A stretch of 62,932 nucleotides of DNA, the filler included, from Sluysia triapertura (taxonomy: Eukaryota): the NCBI GenBank assembly GCA_046118255.1. It is 5 parts of 5 records of this genome, joined end to end, with 100 filler letters (N's around TTAATTAATTAA, not from the genome) between each part and the next. Parts side by side here need not be neighbours in the genome. Positions count along the whole stretch, not along the records: positions 38,797 to 50,701 come from JBJNIA010157824.1; 4 more parts are not named here. The stretch is one strand, 5' to 3'. Under the pieces are notes generated by a model, which worked only from the letters and a program-made list of their open reading frames with translations, made no database searches and was not told the DNA's origin. The translations under genes were made by a program, and so were the position numbers. Positions 41,901 through 50,701 of the stretch are shown piece by piece; positions within the stretch are counted from its first letter, which is position 1, and each line of letters begins with the position of its first letter.

Positions 41901-43664
41901 TTAAAATCAGCGAATAGTGTAGAATTGATTTGTTTGCTGACGCTGATTTTCTTTTTTTTGAATTAAATATTCTCTTGTTTTAATAACCGCTTCTCAATGA
42001 TATTTATTCTTGTATTCTTCTCTATTAATTAATTGTGCAAACATATATAAACTATCAATCAAATCAAATGTTAACCCAACTTTCGCCCCTAAAGGAAGTC
42101 TTAATTCTCCTTTAGAAAGAACTTTTTGATATTTAGTTAATTCCTCAATTAATAACATGGTGTTTTCATTTTCTACAATAAATAATTTCTTATCAAACAA
42201 TAATTTATTAATAACGGCAATAGAACTTTGAGGGTGTTTTAAACCCTTAATAGAAGTATCAATATGCACTCCATATTTAGCATAGTTATAAACTAAAGAA
42301 GACACTTCCCTATCTTGTTGTATTTTTCTGTTAGCAGAACAATCACCAGTATGAATAACTTCTCAATATTCATTTAAACTTTTGCCCGTTCATCTATTTT
42401 TGGCTTCTAACATATTCATTGCTTGTTGTTGAATTGTTAAATCTCTATTTGCATAACAATCAACAATATAATATTTCTCCTCTTTAATATCTAACAAGAT
42501 AACTAAAAGGGTTGTATTTGCATTGTTTTCTCCAAAATCAGTGATATAAAAAATGGGTTTATTGTTAACATATTGAGGTTGCAAGTGTTCTGGAATATTA
42601 TTAATTAAATTATCTTTTCATCCCAAAATAATTTCTCTGGTAGAAAAAAACATATCACAAAAAACGTCCATTCAAATTTTCTCTATATTAGTAGATTGCA
42701 ATTGTTTCATTAAAAAGAAATTATCACTATTCGGAGAAACTAACATATCTAAAAGAAAACTTGTTCTATTGTTAACACACTTATTTTTTTTATAATGAGC
42801 AAACATATAATTATCAATTGGAACATATTTAGAATAATAAACTTCGCTACTTGCTAACACATATCTATTTAAAATATTAGAAGCATCGGCATTGGTTTCT
42901 AAAATCATTGTTCTATTAGATTGCATCATAATAGGACGAGAAATTCCATCAATAGTTTCATATTTTAAAGAGCCATCTTTATTTCTCTCATAAATGGCTT
43001 GCCCTTTTTCCCGAAGCCTATTCTCAATTTGGTTTAAGACTTCTTCACTTAACTTATTGGCTTCGGAAACCCAAATATCATTAAAGTTTGAACCCCTAAT
43101 TCCATCATCTTTTTCAGATGACTTAAATTCAAATTGTACCCGATTTTTTAACCTTCAAACCTTATCATTCATCTCTACAAATTGATTTCTGATTGGGTCA
43201 TCATCTTTGGTAATTAAATATTTTAATAATTCATCTTTTTGAATAGTTTTTTGTTGGTGAAGAGTTGGTGCTAAACATAAAATCTTATATTCACTATTGG
43301 TAGAAAGGGCTTTTTTTACAATCTTAAAAGCACTGGCCGTTGTTTTTCCGGTATTTGGTGAACCAACTAAAATCAATTCTTCTGCTTGTGAATTAATAAT
43401 CTCTAATTGATAATTAAAGAACTTAATGTGAAAAACATATTTTCCACAAGCATCACATTGCCCAAAATTTTTCCCTTTTAATTTAATGGAGTTTCCCACC
43501 TTACATAAAGGACATTTAATAATCTCTTCAATTGGAGAAAACTTTTCATTTTTAGTAAGTGGTATATAATCAACATACGATTTTTTAAACTTTAAGGTTT
43601 GTTTAGCAGTTAAACTTTGGCGATATTCATTGATGATTTCTGTTAAAGTACTTTTAATTTTCAT
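41901..43664 (-). CDS. terL: Terminase large subunit, 587 aa, code 4
   Basis: Four track ORFs fuse through 7 TGA to TAA 41901. Q motif (FNYQ), Walker A GSPNTGKT, 'LAPT..Q', 'IRGSNFNDIWVSEA' (Walker B region), coupling motif 'ILETN', RNase H-like nuclease acidic motifs 'ITDFG', 'TGDCSA', 'DLIDSLY'. Confidence 0.92.
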
Positions 43665-44580
43665 AATTTAACCCCGAAACAAACATAACCATTCCCTCAT
43701 CTGCTTGTAAGTTCTTATCAATTACATATCTATCAATATCGGTAATTTTATTAGAAATTTGGGTTTCATAATCTAATTTCTCTTTGGCTAACACCATTTT
43801 TTTACAATATCTTAATGCTTCAATATGAGGTATTCATGATTTATTTTTTAAGATTTTAGAGAAATTAGGGTTTTCCTCTAATGCTTCTTTTAATTTACTT
43901 TTAATATTTAAATCTAAAAGAGTTGTTAATAAAATATCAATTTCCGCTAATAAGGTTTCATCAAACTTATAAGTGGGGTTATTCATAGAAGTTAAGATTT
44001 TAATATATTCACTTTTTTTTAATCTTAATTCTTCATTTTCTAACATTTTTCGGAACTTTCAAATTGGGTCAAAGTTTCAATATTTTTTTAAATCTTCAAC
44101 AGAAAACCCTAACAATTCTTTACTATCAATTGTCGCAAACCGATTTTCTAATAATTTAGTTTTTTCTCCTTCTGATGCATTATCTATATATTTATAATCA
44201 ACTTCTAATTGGGCTAATGCTAATTTTTGGTCATCATTGAAAATGGGGTTATTTATAGAACCACCATTATTTTTTAATGCTTGCCGATGAATAATATTAA
44301 TTCTTCTCTCTTTTGTTATTCTTTTTTCTTTTACAAAATCTTCTCATAGTTTTTGTTTTAAATACTTTTGTTCCATTTTTACAATCTCAATATACATATT
44401 AGTAATATTAGAGTTTAGCAATTTATTATCTTTTTTGGCTAATTTGTCTAATAAACAAGCAATTTTTAAAACCTTGATTTTTTCTTGTTCATCACGGAAA
44501 TTCTCTTTTAGCAAAATCTCTTTTGTTTTTGCTTCAAAAGTATTTTCTCGTTTCATTCACAATTCAAATTGATATTCCAA
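43654..44580 (-). CDS. Hypothetical protein, 308 aa, code 4; possible terminase small subunit by position
   Basis: TTG start after AAGGA. Track ORFs 44344-44556 and 43834-44046 are joined; 5 TGA in total; stop overlaps the TerL start by 11 bp. Function is positional only. Confidence 0.65.
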
Positions 44581-44630
44581 AACATTTCCTTTGCTAATTG
44601 TTGTTATAAATTCAATATAACCATAAAGAA

Positions 44631-44662
44631 TTTACAACAACAATTTAAGTTGTTGTTGAAAA
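44631..44662 (-). terminator. Stem-loop after putative capsid gene
   Basis: CAACAACAA / TTGTTGTTG inverted repeat just after TAA 44663; weak U tract. Confidence 0.5.
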
Positions 44663-46486
44663 TTAAACTCTCACTGTTAGAGTGCTTACATAATCAGAGT
44701 TCGTTAATAAACCCATTCAAGAGTATTTAATAACGACATTTGAACTTGGAATTGAACCTTTAGGAATTGTTGCGGAAACATAAGTTCCTGTTGTTTGGGT
44801 TCCGATTGGAACAATTTGTAGTTTGTTGCCTAAAGTATTTTTTCATTTATAAGAAATGTCGGCTGCTGTTTTTCCATTTGGAACAATTGCAACGGTATAT
44901 TTTGGAATTGCAATATCAACGGTAAATGGGTTAGCATCTCATTTAATATAGTCAAGAGCATCATAGAATTCGGCAACTAAATAGTTTTTAGTATTAATTG
45001 CAGGCAATAAATCTACTCCCCCATATAAAGAGTTAGCAACAAAGTTGAATTTCATATCTTGGTTCGGAGTAATTGGAACAGCCCCAGTTCCATTAGAGTT
45101 TAAAGCCATCCCGATTGAACTTGGGTAAGTTTGGGTATTATCAGGGTTTCATTTATACCCCACCATAATTTTCCCTGCTTCTAATTTTGGAACAAAGTTA
45201 GAACTAAACTCAATGAATTTTGTTGTATCTACAAAACTATTTACTTGTGTTGCATGTGATACAAACTCTATATTTGTTGATTTTCATTGATAAATATTAG
45301 TTTTATTAGAAATGTATAAGAATGCTAATTCATTACTTGCAATTGCTTCTCCTCCCACGGAATTTGGGGAAGTTTCTCCGGCACTTGCTTTATAATAAGC
45401 CCCCATTAAAGAACCTATTGGGGCTTGCATAATTTTAATTTGGTTTAATAATGATGTTCTTCCACCATACATTACATTGTTATCATTTTGAGCGTTAAAT
45501 GATGTTGTTTCCCCTTTAGGGCCATTAATCATCACCATTTTTTGCACATCTGCTCCATAGTAATTTAACATATATTGATAAAAACTAAAGTCAGTATATA
45601 ACAATGGAGCGGTAAACGCATCGGCTTGACGGTCCATTTTTGCTTGTAGTCCGATTAAATAATTAGTAAAAATATGGAAATCAAATTTTTTAGAAGCAGT
45701 TGACGAAATTGAATTAACATCTACATCAAAGCAAGTTCCGATTCTTTTTTTGTATCTTACTTTGTCCATTCCAAAAATGGCTCCATCAGTTAATTGTTCT
45801 TTTGTTGTTGCTTTAAAGAAGTTTGTTTGGAAAATTGATTTGTCTTCTAATGAGTGAACTTTAATGTTATTACTCATAGCATTACAGAAATCAATAATAT
45901 TATATTTATTAGAAATATCAGCATTAAAATCAACAGGCATCCCATTTTCATTAACCGCTTTTTCAGTTTCAAAAGAAATATCAACGGAAAGGACTTTATC
46001 ATTGTTTTTTACATATTGTATTTTTTCAAAAAATGATAGGAAATCACCGAAGAAATGTTTTAATTGCGCAGTATCAATTAATTGTAAATTTCATTTTCAG
46101 ATTGTTCCTCAACAGTGTTTAATGTGAATATTTTCTGAACTAATGGTTAAAATAGTTTCTGTTGCTGCTGCATTACTTGTTCCATACCCATCTTTAAAAG
46201 TACTAATTCCCCCTTTTGGAGCGAGAACAGAATAAGGGACTGAAACCACAAAGGCTTTATTTGGGCCTTCTAATGAAACTGTTAGTTCATTTGGTAAGCC
46301 TCCTTTTGGTAAATCAGCAAATAACGAATTACGGAATGTATAAATTCAAAATCGTTCTGTTAGTGATCTTGTTAGCATTGGGGCATTAGTTAGGGTTGAT
46401 GTATTAGATGTATTCCCTGGAGCGTTAGTTTGCAATAATGGAGCCCCATACTCCACCGCAAAGTTTAATGATTGTAAATCAGCCAT
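44663..46486 (-). CDS. Putative major capsid protein with beta-rich C-terminal extension, 607 aa, code 4
   Basis: MADLQSLNFAVEYGAPLLQTNAPG... is open to TAA 44663 only with 9 TGA = Trp and includes track ORF 45284-45940. G/A/S/T/N-rich composition, follows a scaffold-like gene, ends at a stem-loop. The ORF is solid; the capsid call is inference. Confidence 0.65.
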
Positions 46487-46505
46487 ATATTAGTCTTTCT
46501 TAATA

Positions 46506-47177
46506 CTAATATCTTTTATTATCAAGGACCTCATCTAACATATCATTGATTTGTTCTGCTTCTGATTTGATAGTTTTTTTCGTATCTTCAAGGACTTTAG
46601 CAAAGTCTTCTTTATAAAAATCACTTGGAGAAATTCTTAACCCTTCATTAGCCGCTTTTTTCTTATTATTAATGAAATTATTAATCTCATCTTGGAAAAA
46701 AATGCGTTTTAGTTTGGCTTTATCATTGCTTTTATGATAAATCTCACACATTTCGGGGTTCATATTTCCCATGATTTTATTTTCTAAAAACTTTTTATCT
46801 CTTGAAGATAATGTTATACCTTCATTATCAAAAACATCTTCAATGGTTTCTATGATGTCTTCTTTTAAATAAAGATTAGTATTTTGTTGTTGTTGTAATT
46901 GGGCCGCTTGAATTTTCTTTAAATTCTCATTTTGTTCTTTAATTAATTGTTCTAAAGCAGATAACTTATCATTTTGAGTATTTTGGTTTTCTACTTTTTT
47001 TGCAATTCTATTTTGAATGTATTGTTGGGTTTTTAAAGAGTTTTCTTCGGCTTGGTGTTTAAATTTAATTAATTCTTCGTATTCACCTTTAGTAAGGGTA
47101 ATTTCCTCATTATTTTGTGAATTATCAACTTGGGTTGCTTCTTCAAGAACTTGAGAAGCAGGGTTTTCTGTGGGCAT
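46506..47177 (-). CDS. Putative capsid scaffolding protein, 223 aa
   Basis: Acidic N-terminus, E/K/Q coiled-coil composition, directly upstream of the putative capsid gene; no Trp codons; ends TAG. Confidence 0.6.
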   Translation of the reverse strand: MPTENPASQVLEEATQVDNSQNNEEITLTKGEYEELIKFKHQAEENSLKTQQYIQNRIAKKVENQNTQNDKLSALEQLIKEQNENLKKIQAAQLQQQQNTNLYLKEDIIETIEDVFDNEGITLSSRDKKFLENKIMGNMNPEMCEIYHKSNDKAKLKRIFFQDEINNFINNKKKAANEGLRISPSDFYKEDFAKVLEDTKKTIKSEAEQINDMLDEVLDNKRY

Positions 47178-47339
47178 TATTGGGCTTTTCTTTCCAAAAT
47201 AACGTCCTTCCTATTAAAAATATTTGCATAGTTTTACAAGGTTAGAGCCTGTTATTTTTAATAAATTACTTATTTTAAAAAGAGATATTTCATCTCCATA
47301 AACAATATATCTCTTCTTATATTATTTAGCATTTTTCCT

Positions 47340-47369
47340 AAAAAAAAAGGTCCCTAAAGGACCTTTTTT
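47340..47369 (-). terminator. Intrinsic (bidirectional-type) terminator
   Basis: Minus strand AAAAAAGGTCC-TTTAG-GGACCTTTTTTTTT, about 20 bp after TAA 47389. Confidence 0.85.
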
Positions 47370-47388
47370 CTAAAATTGATTAGTAAAC

Positions 47389-48204
47389 TTATTTTTCTTG
47401 GACCATTTCTACCCGTTGATTATTTAAAATTTCATGCATTTTAGCCTCTTTTTCATCTAAATGTAATCTTTTATACACTTCTTCAAGATAATCATAGTTA
47501 ATTCCAACAATATTGACTTTATTTCACATAATAAACAACTTATCAGTATCAACCATTTCTCGTAAATTATTTCAAATACTATTTACAAGCAATTTTTCAT
47601 TATTCGTTAAATAATGAGTTTGTAAATAAATATAATCAATAAACAAACTATCAACTGCAAGTACTTGATTATAATTATTCGTTAACAAAAATACTTCTTG
47701 TAATTTCTTAATTTTGGCTTTCATATCATCAGAGATTTTTAAATATTGAGGTTTAATAACTTCTGCAAACTCCTCATTTTTTTCCCTAATTTGTTTACAA
47801 TTATCTAATGCATTTCTAATTTTTTCATCTTTCGCAAGGGTATGGAAAAAAATAATATGCCCATTAAAAAAACTTACTAAATAATTATCTTTTGTTAAAA
47901 ATTCACAAAGATATTGCTCACTTGTTTCATCAAAAGTTATCGTAATTTCTTTTTTTAACCCTAATCTAATGTATTGAAAATTTTCTTTTCCATTCTCTTC
48001 TTTTTTAAACTCTAAATAAAAACTTTCATTCCCCTCTTCTTGATCTACAACAATTTTCTTCTCTTTTCCTAAAACAATTCTAAATTGCACTTCATCAGCA
48101 TTTAATAAATTAATCTTTTGGGGTTTAAAATTACTAATTCTTAAATGTGCAACTAATTCATCAAATTCCACTGGTTTAGTAATTACTTGATAAACCATTT
48201 CCAT
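47389..48204 (-). CDS. Hypothetical phage protein, 271 aa, code 4
   Basis: Track ORF 47572-48204 extends through 2 TGA to TAA 47389, right before a clear terminator; AAGGA RBS. Confidence 0.8.
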
Positions 48205-48206
48205 TA

Positions 48207-48428
48207 TTAGTCCTTCACTTCTTTTACAACTTTAATTTTTTTCTCTTCTTGTCGTTCTTCTTTAATACTTTCTAAACATTGAAAAGGTAAACTTAAAATT
48301 ACGGAAATTAAATAAATCACCCCAAATGTTAATGTGTAAATTATTGCAAATGGTAAAAGTAATCAACTTAATAAATTTTTTTCCCCTTCTGGAAATCACT
48401 CCATAATAAACTCTTTAAAAAATTCCAT
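48207..48428 (-). CDS. Small membrane protein, 73 aa, code 4
   Basis: AAGGAG RBS; MEFFKEFIMEWFPEGEKNLLSWLLLPFAIIYTLTFGVIYLISVILSLPFQCLESIKEERQEEKKIKVVKEVKD; 2 TGA; long hydrophobic segment and charged tail; stop is 2 bp before the next ATG. Confidence 0.75.
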
Positions 48429-48459
48429 CTTTTCTCCTTCTATTGATTATTCATCTTTT

Positions 48460-48487
48460 ATCTTACCATATAAAAAAAAACAAACAA
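48460..48487 (-). promoter_or_regulatory. Sigma70-type promoter with extended -10
   Basis: TTGTTT-16 bp-TAAGAT with TGn (TGGTAAGAT), about 30 bp upstream of the 73-aa gene. Confidence 0.55.
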
Positions 48488-48506
48488 GTTTTTTTCCTTG
48501 TTTGTT
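48471..48506 (-). terminator. Intrinsic terminator overlapping the downstream promoter
   Basis: Minus strand AACAAACAAG-GAAAAAAA-CTTGTTTGTT followed by a T run. Confidence 0.65.
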
Positions 48507-48692
48507 GTGATTAAAAGAATAAACTCTAACTATTAAGTTAGAAATTTCCCATTCTTGATTAGAAAGTGAGAAAAAAATGACTTATGAATAACAAATTTTA
48601 ATATTAGTTTAAAGAGAGTAATAGAAAAACAATTTATTTCATAACATCTTTGTAAAGCAACATATCACCAATCTACATTACTTTACTTTTTT

Positions 48693-48720
48693 ATCTTACC
48701 ATCTTTTTCTATATTTCCAA
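48693..48720 (-). promoter_or_regulatory. Second sigma70-type promoter with the same extended -10
   Basis: TTGGAA-16 bp-TAAGAT; shares ATGGTAAGATAAAA with the promoter at 48460. Confidence 0.5.
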
Positions 48721-48739
48721 ATATTTAATTAAAAAAAAA

Positions 48740-49010
48740 TTCCCCTCTCTCTTCTACAGGTATTTTCTTCTTCCTTTCTTTTAAAAATTCCCTCTTCTCT
48801 ATACAAGTCTTCTTCTCTCTCTTCTCTACAAGTATTTCCTTCTTCTCTTATTCCTTCATTCCCTCATTCCTTTCTTCTCTCATTCCTTTATTCTCTCATT
48901 TCACTCTTCCCTTCTTCTCTTATTTCCTTCTTCTCTCATTCCCTTCTTCTTCTCTTAAATTCCTTCCTTGTCCCCTCCTTTCCTCTCGCGCTCTCCTATT
49001 CTCCTTTTAT
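48740..49010 (+). repeat. Polypyrimidine (CT-rich) low-complexity tract
   Basis: Mostly C/T on +, with repeated TTCTCTCATTCC-like words; no long ORF on the purine strand. Confidence 0.85.
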
Positions 49011-49012
49011 TT

Positions 49013-50075
49013 GATTAAATTTTATTTTTTTTTTTTTTCAGAGAAAAAAAAATAAAATTTAATCTATGTCTTCTTCTCTTATATAAATTTTTTTATATTT
49101 ATCTTCTCTTATCTAAATTTTTTTATTTATATTTTCTTATAATTAATTGTTATTTTTTTTACCATAGTAAAAAAAAATAACAATTAATTAATATTATTTC
49201 ATTTGATTAAATTTTATTTTTTTTTATGGGGGTAAAAAAAAATAAAATTTAATCTATATTATCTTATTTATAATTTTTTATATTTATCTTCTCTTATATA
49301 TTATTTCTTATTAATTAATTTTTTTTTTACCATAGTAAAAAAAAAAATTAATTAATTAATATTACTTATTTTAATTATTTCTTTTATAAATTCATTAATA
49401 TATGATTAATTTTTTTTTACTATGGTAAAAAAAATTAATCATATATTATTTTATCTATTTATATTTCTTATATATTTATATTTATTAATATATATAAATA
49501 TATTGATATACGCGCGTAAGCGCGTGTGCGCGCAGATGCGTACGGGTGCGTACACACGTACACGTACCTGAATGCGCGCTACATATATGTACGCGTGCGC
49601 GTACGCGATATTCCTTATATAAATTTATTATATTAATAGTAATATAAAGTTAATTTTATTTTTTTTTACCCCCATAAAAAAAAATAAAATTAACTTAAAT
49701 TTAACTATTAATAAATTCCTTATTTAATAAATTCTTTATTAATAATGCTCTTATTAATAATTCATTATTGATAAATTCATTATTAGTAATTTATTTAAGT
49801 TAATTTTTATTTTTTTTTACTATGGTAAAAAAAATAAAAATTAACTAATATTAATTAACTTAAATTTAATTAATTTAAATTTCCTTATTGATAAATTCAT
49901 TATTGATAAATTCCTTACTTATAAATTTATTTAAGTTAGTTTTATTTTTTTTTTACTATGGTAAAAAAAAATAAAACTAACTAATATTAATTAACTTAAA
50001 TTTAATTATTTACTTATATTTATTTAGTGTTAATTTTATTTTTTTTTTACTATGGTAAAAAAAAATAAAATTAAC
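49013..50075. repeat. Array of nine ~45-52 bp palindromes (hairpin/cruciform units)
   Basis: Units at about 49013-49064, 49140-49190, 49205-49254, 49311-49355, 49397-49447, 49647-49696, 49798-49846, 49934-49982 and 50029-50075. Structure is arm-Tn-core-An-arm; cores are TACTATGGTA/TACCATAGTA (6), TATGGGGGTA/TACCCCCATA (2) and one variant. Confidence 0.92.
49509..49608. other. CpG-dense alternating purine-pyrimidine island
   Basis: About 20 CG dinucleotides in 100 bp within an almost pure AT region; a smaller copy lies near 50137-50153. Confidence 0.85.
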
Positions 50076-50172
50076 TAATTATATTTATATTCTTTATATT
50101 TATTTGTTTAATATATTTATATATATATTATATTTATACGCGCGCACGCGCGAGTATATATATATTAATATC

Positions 50173-50258
50173 TTGATTTATACACACGCGAGTAATATAT
50201 ACAAAGATATTGATTTATACACGCACAAGTAATATATACAAAGTTATTGATTTATACC
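50173..50258 (+). repeat. 37-bp tandem repeat (about 2.3 copies), iteron-like
   Basis: TTGATTTATACAC....AGTAATATATACAAAG.TA with starts at 50173, 50210 and 50247. Confidence 0.8.
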
Positions 50259-50701
50259 CTCTTTTTACAAGATGCTTATATTACAATTGTCTTATATTAC
50301 AAGATGACTTATCTTCTTCTTACCATTATTCACATAAATTTATCTTCTAATAATTGTTAAATTTACCTATACCTTCATAAACCTATCTCTTTTCATCTAC
50401 AATCAAAATTTATTAAATTATAGGAAATCATATTACCTTATATATTCTCAAGGAATATGATATATAAGAGGTATCTTTAAATAGATGTTTTAATCATTCC
50501 TTATATAAGAGGGTGGTATATATAAAGGAATTACCATGAGAGATATTCAATGATGATTAGAGGGGGTATATCTCAAGATATTGAATATATATATGTGCGC
50601 GTATATGATATTATTTTTATTATATATATAATACTTATGTAAATTTATGAATATAGTAAATTTTAAGATAGATACAAGGGGTTAGTTATATGTTGTATTG
50701 T

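Larger units (their letters stand above)
38797..50701 (-). mobile_element. Partial genome of a tailed (podovirus-like) bacteriophage using genetic code 4 (TGA=Trp), probably infecting a Mollicute
   Basis: Dense, co-oriented, intronless genes, some overlapping; AGGAGG-type RBS; intrinsic terminators; TerL and portal motifs; 36 in-frame TGA vs 1 TGG; complete genes end in TAA (7) or TAG (1). Confidence 0.9.

Noticed and set aside
41404-46127. Plus-strand track ORFs at 41404, 42994, 43973, 45854 and 45864
   Set aside because: Antisense shadows of the minus-strand phage genes.
39756-48204. Reading the phage ORFs as a pseudogenised prophage or many small genes
   Set aside because: Every interruption is an in-frame TGA, with no frameshifts or internal TAA/TAG; decay would not give this pattern.
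48740-49010. Glu/Lys/Arg-rich protein on the purine strand
   Set aside because: All three frames hit TAA/TAG within a few tens of codons, even in code 4.
49013-50075. CRISPR array
   Set aside because: Units vary in sequence and orientation, spacing is irregular, intervening DNA is low-complexity and partly repeated, and no cas genes are seen.
38797-50701. Mitochondrial DNA or mitochondrial plasmid (also TGA=Trp; AT-rich control-region-like end)
   Set aside because: No respiratory, rRNA or tRNA genes; terminase/portal motifs, Shine-Dalgarno sites and intrinsic terminators indicate a bacteriophage.
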